Source: Minisyncoccota bacterium
GTDB taxonomy: Bacteria; Patescibacteriota; Minisyncoccia; Minisyncoccales; Minisyncoccaceae
Length of the DNA: 34,151 nucleotides
Assembly: GCA_028717005.1 (NCBI GenBank)
Contig: JAQUOQ010000001.1
Coordinates: forward strand, 1 to 34,151
Reading direction: 5' to 3'
Below, in pieces: positions 1 to 7,332 of this stretch. Below the pieces are notes generated by a model, which was not told where the DNA came from, made no database searches, and saw only the letters and a list, made by a program, of their open reading frames with translations. Numbering within the stretch: position 1 is the stretch's first letter; each line of letters opens with the position of its first letter. The translations under genes and the position numbers were made by a program.

Positions 1-356
1 CCACCCCTTCCTCGGTTCGAGTCCGGCCTTCAGAAAATTATTATGCTTTATGTTAAGTTTTGCGGGCCCGACGGACGCTCACGCTCCCTTCGGGCTTTTA
101 AAAACCCTCGGTTTTTAATATTTTCCTAAACGGGAAACCCAGGTTTCCCGACCCTTTCCTCGGTTCGAGTCCGGCCTTCAGAAAATTATTATGCTTTATG
201 TTAAGTTTTGCGGGCCCGACGGACGCTCACGCGCCCTTCGGGCTTTAAAAAACCCTCGGTTTTTAATATTTTCCTAAACGGGAAACCCAGGTTTCCCGAC
301 CCCTTCCTCGGTTCGAGTCCGGTCATCAAGAAATTATTATGCTTTATGTTAAGTTT
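1..356. repeat. Tandem repeat array with an exact 148-nt register, about 2.4 units, truncated by the left window edge. Each unit begins with a copy of the last ~16 nt of tRNA-Asp.
   Basis: TGCGGGCCCGAC occurs at 61, 209 and 357 (148-nt steps). Units 61-208 and 209-356 are both 148 nt and differ at 7 positions by hand alignment, and 1-60 matches 149-208. Each unit carries a pseudo tRNA 3' end TGCGGGCCCGAC-GGAC (1-nt deletion relative to the real gene), the hairpin CGGGAAACC-CA-GGTTTCCCG, and GGTTCGAGTCCGG in the opposite orientation. Confidence 0.9.
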
Positions 357-358
357 TG

Positions 359-432
359 CGGGCCCGACCGGACTCGAACCGGCAGTCTCCTCCGTGACAG
401 GGAGGCGCGATGACCAATTTCGCTACGAGCCC
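359..432 (-). tRNA. tRNA-Asp (anticodon GTC)
   Basis: The reverse complement reads GGGCTCG TA GCGA AATTGGTCA TCGC G CCTCC CTGTCAC GGAGG AGACT GCCGG TTCGAGT CCGGT CGGGCCC G. This is a canonical cloverleaf with a 7-bp acceptor stem and a GG-containing D loop. The TTCGAGT T loop is also canonical. CCA is not encoded. Confidence 0.9.
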
Positions 433-491
433 ATTGTAAAAAATTGTTGCCCCGCTTCGTTCATCCTCACTTTCAGCTTCCTCTATTTATG

Positions 492-695
492 CTGTGCTTG
501 CACCGCATAGCTCTTAAAGAGCGACGTGGTGCCTGAGGTGAGGATCGCCTTCGTGTCATCTTCTGCTGAAGCTGCACTCCGGTACTGGCTCGGCGCCGTC
601 GCGCCTCCGCCTTCGATCCCACCACGTTTCTCATCAACACTGTGCTTGCACCGCATAGCTCTTAAAGAGCGACGTGGTGCCTGAGGTGAGGATCG
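492..695. repeat. 56-nt perfect direct repeat pair (492-547 and 640-695), offset by exactly 148 nt and flanking a 92-nt GC-rich insert (548-639)
   Basis: Both copies read CTGTGCTTGCACCGCATAGCTCTTAAAGAGCGACGTGGTGCCTGAGGTGAGGATCG. The repeat consists of the last 21 nt of the CAT tRNA (CCA, acceptor 3' strand, T stem, part of the T loop) plus 35 nt of its 3' flank. Identity stops abruptly at 491/639 and at 548/696. Confidence 0.92.
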
Positions 696-749
696 AACTC
701 ACGACTTCTCGCTTATGAAACGAGTGCTCTACCACTGAGCTACTCAGGC
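675..749 (-). tRNA. tRNA with anticodon CAT (elongator Met or lysidine-dependent Ile2), CCA encoded
   Basis: The reverse complement reads GCCTGAG TA GCTC AGTGGTA GAGC A CTCGT TTCATAA GCGAG AAGTC GTGAG TTCGATC CTCAC CTCAGGC A CCA. The 1:72 pair is G:C and there is no GGG/CCC in the anticodon stem, so it is not an initiator tRNA. Confidence 0.88.
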
Positions 750-781
750 TTTATTAGAAGCGAGGACAATCAAAAAAATGT

Positions 782-850
782 TGCGGTTCCTGGAATTGCA
801 CCAGGGTCTCCAGCTTATGAGACTGGCGAGGTACTACTCCTCTAAACCGC
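782..850 (-). tRNA. tRNA-like gene with a CAT anticodon loop and non-canonical D and T loops (possible unusual tRNA or pseudogene)
   Basis: The reverse complement reads GCGGTTT A GAGG AGTAGTA CCTC G CCAGT CTCATAA GCTGG AGAC CCTGG TGCAATT CCAGG AACCGC A. It is only 69 nt. The D loop lacks GG, the T loop is TGCAATT instead of TTCxAxx, and the acceptor pairs over only 6 bp. Confidence 0.5.
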
Positions 851-863
851 TATGAACTTTATC

Positions 864-891
864 ATTCTACCAAAAAATGGCAGAAAATCAA
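864..891 (-). promoter_or_regulatory. Candidate promoter for the tRNA cluster (TTGATT-N16-TAGAAT with a TGn extension)
   Basis: The minus strand reads TTGATT ttctgccattttttgg TAGAAT. The -10 element ends about 13 nt upstream of the first tRNA-like gene, just downstream of the stop codon of the 895-1416 ORF. Confidence 0.4.
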
Positions 892-894
892 GGG

Positions 895-1416
895 TTAGAC
901 GATTTTTAAGCGGGCAACCACTTCCCTAACGCCCGCCAATAAATATTCCGCTTTTTCCGGATCTAATTTATAAACAGGATCGGCTTTAATTTTGTGCGAT
1001 AAATCAATAAGCGCGTTTAAAACTTCCGGATTTTCGACAAGCCCTTTATCAACTGCCTGGGGAATAAGTTCTTTTAATTCTTTTCCCTCGTATTTCAATG
1101 ACCGGAAAAGGTCAAAAAGCAATCCTTCGGAATTCATTATAGCCAGTTTATAGTTTATTTCGTCCTTTGTGGCCGCCACTTTTTCTATTTCTTTCCATCG
1201 GTTAAAGAGATAGCTATAGGAATTAAAATCCTGCTTGCCGAAAAAATCCTGGAACATTCTTTTTCTCTCGTTTATCATCAAAACCTGCTTTATTATGTAA
1301 TAACCGATTAAATATAAAAAAGCGGCGGACGCGATTATAAAAACTATTTTCAATGGTAATAAATAGCTTGTCAGTTCCGGCGAAATAAAAAAATTGTTAA
1401 TTTGTTCTAAACTCAT
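895..1416 (-). CDS. Hypothetical membrane-anchored protein (one N-terminal TM helix, helical C-terminal part)
   Basis: 173-aa ORF. Its start overlaps the gatA stop as ATGA (1413-1416), suggesting translational coupling. The hydrophobic segment is LLPLKIVFIIASAAFLYLIGYYII. I recognise no family motif. Confidence 0.6.
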   Translation of the reverse strand: MSLEQINNFFISPELTSYLLPLKIVFIIASAAFLYLIGYYIIKQVLMINERKRMFQDFFGKQDFNSYSYLFNRWKEIEKVAATKDEINYKLAIMNSEGLLFDLFRSLKYEGKELKELIPQAVDKGLVENPEVLNALIDLSHKIKADPVYKLDPEKAEYLLAGVREVVARLKIV

Positions 1417-2840
1417 ATTTTATAATTTTTCTCAAAATAATCAGAAACATTAAAGAGAGTTGATTCCTCAAATTGGGGCGCAATAATCTGCAATCCGATC
1501 GGCAGATTCTGGTGGGCGCCGCAAGACAGAGAAATGCCGGGCAAACCCGCCAGGTTTACGGACACGGTATAAACGTCAGCCAAGTACATCTCCAAAGGAT
1601 TGTCCATTTTTTCTCCGATCTTAAAAGGCAGGCAAGGCGACGTCGGGCCCATAATAACGTCCGCCTCTTGAAATGCTTTTTCAAAATCATTTTTTATCAA
1701 AGTCCGTACCTTCAGCGCTTTTTTATAATAAGCATCGTAATATCCGGCGGACAGCGTATACGTGCCGAGCATTATTCTTTTTTTAACTTCGGCTCCAAAG
1801 CCGGCCTGCCGGTTCTGCAGATAAAAAGCTATTACATTATCGGCAAGTTCCGGTTTTACCATTTCATTGTATCTGATGCCGTCAAATCTTGCCAGATTAG
1901 CGCTCGCCTCGGACGGAGCGATTATATAATAGCACGGCAATGCATAATCAGTGCGCGGCAGGCTGATTTCTTTTATTTCCGCTCCACTTTTTTCAAAAAA
2001 TTTAATCGCCTCCCGGACTGATTTTTCCACATTAGGGTCAAGCCCCTTTCCGAAATATTCTTTGGGCAAACCAATCCTCAATTTCTTAATATCAAAATCT
2101 TTGTTAACAAAAGTATCAACCGTGGTGGAATCCATTTTGTCCCTGCCTTTGATCGCATCAAAAATAATCCGGCAGTCTTCGGAGTTTTTCGCCAATGGCC
2201 CGATTTGGTCCAAAGATGAAGCAAAAGCGATCAGGCCGTAGCGGGAAACGGCTCCGTAAGTCGGTTTTAATCCTGCAACGCCGCAGAAAGAAGCGGGCTG
2301 CCTTATCGAACCGCCTGTATCCGAACCGAGGGCAAAAACGCACATATCAGCGGCAACGGCAGCGGCTGAACCGCCGGAAGAACCGCCCGGAACCCGATCC
2401 AGATCCTGCGGATTTTTTGTCGGGAAATAAGCTGATTTTTCGCAGGAAGAGCCCATCGCGAATTCGTCCATATTTGTTTTTCCCAAAAAAATCGCTCCCT
2501 CGTTCCTTAATTTTTCTATAACCGTAGCCTCGTAAGGCGCTGTATATTTTTCCAAAAATTTAGAACCGGCAGTGCATCGTTCGCCTTTTATCATCAGATT
2601 GTCTTTTATGGCGCAGGGTATGCCGGTCAGCAGCTTTGTTTTCCCACTCGCAATCATTTTATCGGCTCCGGCTGCCTGTTTCATCGCCAGCTCTTCGGTT
2701 AAGGACAAATATGCCCGTATTTTCGGATCTTCATTTTTTATTTTTTTAAAAAAAGATTCTGCCAGCTCTTTAGCCGAAAAATCCTGCCTATCTAAAGCTT
2801 TTCTCGCTTTTTTAACGGTTAATTTGTTTAAATCAATCAT
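1413..2840 (-). CDS. gatA: Glutamyl/aspartyl-tRNA amidotransferase subunit A
   Basis: 475 aa with the amidase signature GGSSGGSAAAVA and the motif GSDTGGSIRQPA. It lies directly downstream of gatC with an 8-nt overlap. Confidence 0.93.
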   Translation of the reverse strand: MIDLNKLTVKKARKALDRQDFSAKELAESFFKKIKNEDPKIRAYLSLTEELAMKQAAGADKMIASGKTKLLTGIPCAIKDNLMIKGERCTAGSKFLEKYTAPYEATVIEKLRNEGAIFLGKTNMDEFAMGSSCEKSAYFPTKNPQDLDRVPGGSSGGSAAAVAADMCVFALGSDTGGSIRQPASFCGVAGLKPTYGAVSRYGLIAFASSLDQIGPLAKNSEDCRIIFDAIKGRDKMDSTTVDTFVNKDFDIKKLRIGLPKEYFGKGLDPNVEKSVREAIKFFEKSGAEIKEISLPRTDYALPCYYIIAPSEASANLARFDGIRYNEMVKPELADNVIAFYLQNRQAGFGAEVKKRIMLGTYTLSAGYYDAYYKKALKVRTLIKNDFEKAFQEADVIMGPTSPCLPFKIGEKMDNPLEMYLADVYTVSVNLAGLPGISLSCGAHQNLPIGLQIIAPQFEESTLFNVSDYFEKNYKI

Positions 2841-3120
2841 TGTCGAGTGTTTTCTTAACTTCTAAGTAGCCATTTCTTGTGTGCGGCATCAATTTTAAGA
2901 TATCTGCGTTGCTTTTCCTCTCTGGTTCGTCTTTTCGGAACACATTTTTTTCCTGCGACAAATTTGCAGTTTCCAAAATCTTTGCTGCGTCAATTTCCGA
3001 AAGCTTGTTCACATAATCCAAAATAGAGGAAAAATCCTCCTGCATTTTTTTTATCTCAGCTTCGTCAAGCTTTAAATACGAAAGCTTTGCTATATCCCTT
3101 ACTTCTTTTTCCGAAATCAT
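2833..3120 (-). CDS. gatC: Glutamyl/aspartyl-tRNA amidotransferase subunit C
   Basis: 95 aa, a typical GatC size. The N-terminus reads EVRDIAKLSYLKLDEAEI...FSSILDYV, and the gene overlaps the gatA start. Confidence 0.85.
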   Translation of the reverse strand: MISEKEVRDIAKLSYLKLDEAEIKKMQEDFSSILDYVNKLSEIDAAKILETANLSQEKNVFRKDEPERKSNADILKLMPHTRNGYLEVKKTLDND

Positions 3121-3134
3121 ATTTATAATATATC

Positions 3135-3503
3135 TTACCCGTTATTATTAGGCAAATCCATATTTTCGCTTTTTTTGCCGAAAAATTGGCTTATGAATTG
3201 CCAGGCTTCTTTAACAAAATTCCATATTTCTCCGGGTAATTCTTTGATTTCCTTTTCAAATTCTGTTTTGGCTGCCGGCGCGTAAACATTAAGGCAATCA
3301 CCTGCTTTTTTAATGAAATTATTATATCCATCAGCTACGTTTTGCTGCCAATTTTCCGGTACGTTGGCCGAAAAACGCTCGATGAGGGCATTAAGCTGGT
3401 TTTCGTTATCGTGGATGTTATTTGTCGTAGCCAAAACCGGCACTACGCCCCAAAAAAGGAAAAAAACGAGGAAAGCAGGCAATATTATATTTTTGATTTC
3501 CAT
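3135..3503 (-). CDS. Small secreted or membrane-anchored hypothetical protein
   Basis: 122 aa with an N-terminal signal/anchor segment IILPAFLVFFLFWGVVPVLA. It starts 1 nt after the gltX stop. Confidence 0.55.
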   Translation of the reverse strand: MEIKNIILPAFLVFFLFWGVVPVLATTNNIHDNENQLNALIERFSANVPENWQQNVADGYNNFIKKAGDCLNVYAPAAKTEFEKEIKELPGEIWNFVKEAWQFISQFFGKKSENMDLPNNNG

Positions 3504-3504
3504 A

Positions 3505-5064
3505 TTAAGAAAATAAACTTAAAGCTTTTTTTATCCTTTCGGCTGATTTTTCTTTTCCCAATGCCTCGGCTATTTCCGCCGGACCGGCGGACGTTTTTTT
3601 GCCGGTTAGCGCCGCCCGCAACGGCCATAGGAGATTGCCCCGATTGGCCATTTTTTCCGCCTCGGCCATCAGGATTTTTTCCAAATTGCTTTTGTTAAAA
3701 TCTTTTTCCGTCAAGCCCATAATTATGCTCAGCGATTCTTTTAGCGATTCCGCAACTTCCGCATCCGCCATTTGTTTCCAGCGCAAAAGCTCTTTTTCGT
3801 AAATTAGATTTTTTTTGAAGAATAAATCGGTAAACTCGATTATCTCGGACAATTTTTTCAGCCTTTCCTGATAAAGCGCGGCTATCTTTTCCAATTTCTC
3901 AAATTCGATTTCTTCACCGGTTTCTTTAACTGAATAAATATTAAATGATTTTTTCTCGATAAATCCGGCCTCTTCCCAATACGGAAGCAAAAGCTCGGTC
4001 AGTTCTTTTAAGGTTTTTTTGCGGATGTAAAAGCCGTTTATCCACATTAATTTTTCGATATTAAATATGGCGCCGGCTTTTTGTATTTTTTCCATGGAAA
4101 AATCGCTTACCAATTCCGCTAAAGAATAGATTTCCTTGTCCGTGCCCGGATTCCAGCCGAGGAAGGCGATAAAATTAATAAGCGCTTCGGGCAGATATCC
4201 TTCCTTTTTGTATTGCGCGACCGAAGTTTCGCCCGTCCGCTTGGAAAGTTTTTTCTTGTCCGTGCCGAGTATAAGCGGCAAATGGGCGTACTGCGGCACG
4301 CGAAACCCCAGCGCTTCAATCAAAAGCAATTGTTTGGGCGTGTTCGACAAATGCTCTTCGCCGCGGATAACGTGGCTTATTTCCATTTCATCGTCATCAA
4401 CTACAACCACAAAATTATAAAGCGGATTTTCCATATCTTTGGCGATTACAAAATCGCCCATTATATCCGAATTAAATTCGACTCGCCCGCGGATCAAATC
4501 ATCAAAAGCCAGTTTGCGGTTTACCGGACAGCGGAATCTTATAACCGAATCTTTGCCTTGTTTGAGGCATTCTTCCGCTTCCTTTTTGGTTAGGTCCCGG
4601 CATTTCCCGCGGTAAACGGGCGGTTCGCCGATGGACATTAAATATTCTTTTTGGGCCTCAACATCTTCTTTGGTGCAAAAACAATAATAAGCCTTGCCTT
4701 GGTCCAGCAACTCCTGCAAATATTTTTTGTAAAGCTCTTTCCGTTCGCTTTGCCGGTAAGGGGCGTGCTGCCCCAGATAAGCCGGCTTGTAATTTTTAAA
4801 ATCAATCTCTCCTCCCTCGGGCAAAACCGGCCCTTCGTCCCAGGCGATTTGGAGCCACTCAAAATTTTTAATCAAATCATATTCCCACTCCTTTTTTGAC
4901 CGCTCCATGTCCGTATCTTCTATCCGCAATACAAAATCCCCCTTATTTTTTTTGCTGAAAAGGTAATTAAAAAGGGCTGTGCGGACTCCGCCGATATGCA
5001 AAGGACCCGTCGGCGACGGAGCGAATCTTGTCCGGACTTTTAAATTTTCTTTTTTTTCGGTCAT
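3505..5064 (-). CDS. gltX: Glutamyl-tRNA synthetase
   Basis: 519 aa with a class I HIGH motif (PTGPLHIGGVRTALFNY) and a KMSKS motif (KLSKR). Confidence 0.93.
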   Translation of the reverse strand: MTEKKENLKVRTRFAPSPTGPLHIGGVRTALFNYLFSKKNKGDFVLRIEDTDMERSKKEWEYDLIKNFEWLQIAWDEGPVLPEGGEIDFKNYKPAYLGQHAPYRQSERKELYKKYLQELLDQGKAYYCFCTKEDVEAQKEYLMSIGEPPVYRGKCRDLTKKEAEECLKQGKDSVIRFRCPVNRKLAFDDLIRGRVEFNSDIMGDFVIAKDMENPLYNFVVVVDDDEMEISHVIRGEEHLSNTPKQLLLIEALGFRVPQYAHLPLILGTDKKKLSKRTGETSVAQYKKEGYLPEALINFIAFLGWNPGTDKEIYSLAELVSDFSMEKIQKAGAIFNIEKLMWINGFYIRKKTLKELTELLLPYWEEAGFIEKKSFNIYSVKETGEEIEFEKLEKIAALYQERLKKLSEIIEFTDLFFKKNLIYEKELLRWKQMADAEVAESLKESLSIIMGLTEKDFNKSNLEKILMAEAEKMANRGNLLWPLRAALTGKKTSAGPAEIAEALGKEKSAERIKKALSLFS

Positions 5065-6173
5065 TTTAATATAAATAGCGCTATGTCTCGCGCGGCGTTA
5101 ACTTTGCCGAAAGAGGCAGCTACCGTGCTCATTGCCAATAATTTTTTGCCATTGAACAAATCAAGCACTTTTTCCAGGAAAAAATTTGGCATCAAATTGC
5201 TTTCTTCAATTACGATCGCGGCGCCGGAAGCGGCATAAGCATACGCGTTCTTGCTTTGGTGGTTTTGGGCAGCCTCGGGCAGCGGAATTAAAATGCTTGG
5301 CCTGGCGAAAGCTGCTATTTCCGCTATCGTGCCGGCGCCGGCGCGCGCGATAATGCACGAAGCAGCGGACATGGCTGATTTTAATTGCTGTTCCTCCAAA
5401 AAGGAAAACGGATGGTAATTAGGCTGCAGATCCGCCGGCACAAAAGCTTTAACTCCGCTTTTTATGTTTTCAAAATCTGATTTTCCGGTTTGATGGATTA
5501 TTTCGAAATATTTAAGCATTTGCGGCAAAGTTTCTAAAATAAATTCATTTATCCGCGCGCTGCCCTGCGATCCGCCGAGAATCAGAATAACCGGTTTTTG
5601 GGATGCCAGGCCAAGCGTTTCTTTTATTTTAGACTGGTCAACATCCAGAAGTTCCTGCCGGACGGGGTTTCCGAGAAACTCGAGCTTTAACTTAGAAAAT
5701 CCTTCTATCTGGTTTATGGGAAAAGAAACAATTATTTTCTGGCTTAATCCTCCCAATATTTTATTAGCCAAACCGGGGGAAACATCCGATTCGTGCAGAT
5801 AAACCGGTATGCCTAATAGCGTTCCTGCTATAACCGCAGGGACGGAACCATAGCCTCCTTTGCTGAATATTACATCCGGAGCGGCAAAAAATAAAATCAA
5901 AAAAGACTGGATAATTCCCAACGGCGTAAGGATAAACAAATCTATAATGTTCTGAAAAAGAGCCAGCCCGAAATACCTCCTGATTTTTCCGGCCAATATA
6001 AAATAGGTTTTTATCCCCTCTTTAAAAAAATTTTTAGAAGCGAATTCGTCCGATGGCCCGATATAAGAAAGCTCTAACTCCCCGGCTGGACTGATTTTTT
6101 TCATCTCCCGCGCGACAGCGATAATCGGAAATATGTGGCCGCCCGTTCCGCCTCCCGTAAACATTACTTTCAT
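5061..6173 (-). CDS. murG: UDP-GlcNAc:lipid I N-acetylglucosaminyltransferase
   Basis: 370 aa with the N-terminal loop FTGGGTGGHIFPIIAVA and the motif LILGGSQGS. It sits next to ftsW and overlaps the gltX start as ATGA. Confidence 0.92.
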   Translation of the reverse strand: MKVMFTGGGTGGHIFPIIAVAREMKKISPAGELELSYIGPSDEFASKNFFKEGIKTYFILAGKIRRYFGLALFQNIIDLFILTPLGIIQSFLILFFAAPDVIFSKGGYGSVPAVIAGTLLGIPVYLHESDVSPGLANKILGGLSQKIIVSFPINQIEGFSKLKLEFLGNPVRQELLDVDQSKIKETLGLASQKPVILILGGSQGSARINEFILETLPQMLKYFEIIHQTGKSDFENIKSGVKAFVPADLQPNYHPFSFLEEQQLKSAMSAASCIIARAGAGTIAEIAAFARPSILIPLPEAAQNHQSKNAYAYAASGAAIVIEESNLMPNFFLEKVLDLFNGKKLLAMSTVAASFGKVNAARDIALFILK

Positions 6174-6231
6174 TGTTTTTGTCTTTTAGTTTAATATAGT
6201 ATTTTTTGGCGGTTTTAACAAGGCGTTTTTC

Positions 6232-7332
6232 CTATGCGTCTTTAGCGCTTGCAGAGATATTAAGCAAAATTCCGCAAGCTATAAGTTCAAAAACCAAATG
6301 CGAGCTGCCATAAGTGATAAAAGGCAGCGGCGTGCCGGAGAGAGGCAACAGGCCGGTCATAGCGCCGATATTAACGAAAGCCTGTATGCTTATCCACGAA
6401 CCGATGCCTATGGCGACAAGCTTGCTGAAATTGTCGGTTACTTTCCGTGCCAGAAAAAATGCGGTTGCCGCGAAAACGACAAAAGCGGCGATAAGGAAAA
6501 AGCATCCGATAAATCCGGTCTCTTCCGCGTAAATGGCAAAAATGGAATCCGAGGTTGATTCCGGCAGGAATCCGAATTTTTGCGAACTGAACCCGAGCCC
6601 CGAACCGATAAGCCCGCCTGAACCGATAGCGATCAAGGCCTGTTTTAACTGGTAGCCGATGCCGAGAGGATCGGTAGCTGAATTTAAAAAGACGCTTATC
6701 CGTTTAAACCGATAAGGTTCTAACGCAAGAACGGCAAAGAGCAGCAATCCCGCCGCCCAAACTCCGATATTATAAATCCACGGCGTACTGGCGCAGAAAA
6801 AAACAATCCCTGCAACGGCTGATATGATAACAAGCGTGCTTAAATTTGATTGCAAAATCAGGGATACGGCGATAAGCGCCAGAGCAAAAAGAAAAGCAAC
6901 AAACTTTTTTTTATTCGGGCGGTTGCTGCTTAATATCGCGGCAAGATAAATTATTGTCGCCAATTTTAGAAACTCGGACGGCTGAAAGCTGAGATAGCCA
7001 AGATTAAGCCATCGCGTTGCCCCGCCTTCGGTTTTGGAGAACGCCGGAATAAATACGGCAACCATCAGGATAAAGGCGATAACAAAAATAATCAATCCTT
7101 TTTCTTTATAAAAGCGCAGGGGGATTTTAAAAGCGATAAAACCCAAAAGCAGGCCGGGCAAAAGGCCGTACAATACTTGGTGGAATAAATAATAGCTAGG
7201 GCTGGCGCCGGCTTTAATTGATGCCGGGGTTGTTGCCGTGGCAAGAGCCAGAAAACCCAAAAAAACCAGCACGGAAATGGCGATGGCGAGAGTGATATTG
7301 GGCCGTGTATTATTTTTTGCCCTGTTTGCCAT
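6232..7332 (-). CDS. ftsW: SEDS-family peptidoglycan polymerase / lipid II flippase
   Basis: 366 aa and polytopic. The FtsW/RodA-type C-terminal motifs LPESTSDSIF and GLLPLSGTPLPFITYGSS are present. I call it FtsW rather than RodA because it lies between murD and murG. Confidence 0.85.
   Translation of the reverse strand: MANRAKNNTRPNITLAIAISVLVFLGFLALATATTPASIKAGASPSYYLFHQVLYGLLPGLLLGFIAFKIPLRFYKEKGLIIFVIAFILMVAVFIPAFSKTEGGATRWLNLGYLSFQPSEFLKLATIIYLAAILSSNRPNKKKFVAFLFALALIAVSLILQSNLSTLVIISAVAGIVFFCASTPWIYNIGVWAAGLLLFAVLALEPYRFKRISVFLNSATDPLGIGYQLKQALIAIGSGGLIGSGLGFSSQKFGFLPESTSDSIFAIYAEETGFIGCFFLIAAFVVFAATAFFLARKVTDNFSKLVAIGIGSWISIQAFVNIGAMTGLLPLSGTPLPFITYGSSHLVFELIACGILLNISASAKDA

Noticed and set aside
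1-356. The regular 148-nt repeats could be a CRISPR array.
   Set aside because: The whole 148-nt unit is repeated nearly identically, so there are no variable spacers. The repeat length is far outside the CRISPR range, and no cas genes are present in the window.
61-356. The repeat units could be degenerate tandem tRNA-Asp genes.
   Set aside because: Only the first ~16 nt of each unit align with the tRNA. The remainder cannot be aligned to the tRNA body or folded into a cloverleaf. The plus-strand GGTTCGAGTCCGG motif has no matching acceptor or anticodon arm.
208-510. A 100-aa plus-strand ORF from the track.
   Set aside because: It runs through the tandem repeats and antisense across tRNA-Asp, has no SD, and is best explained as a chance ORF in repeat DNA.
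675-850. One of the two CAT tRNAs could be the initiator tRNA-fMet.
   Set aside because: Both have a paired 1:72 position (G:C) and lack the three consecutive G:C pairs in the anticodon stem. These are the standard bacterial initiator identity features.
1-900. An integrated prophage or ICE at the tRNA cluster.
   Set aside because: There are att-like tRNA 3'-end duplications. However, the DNA between them is only 92-132 nt, and no integrase or phage genes occur in the window. At most these are scars or micro-elements.
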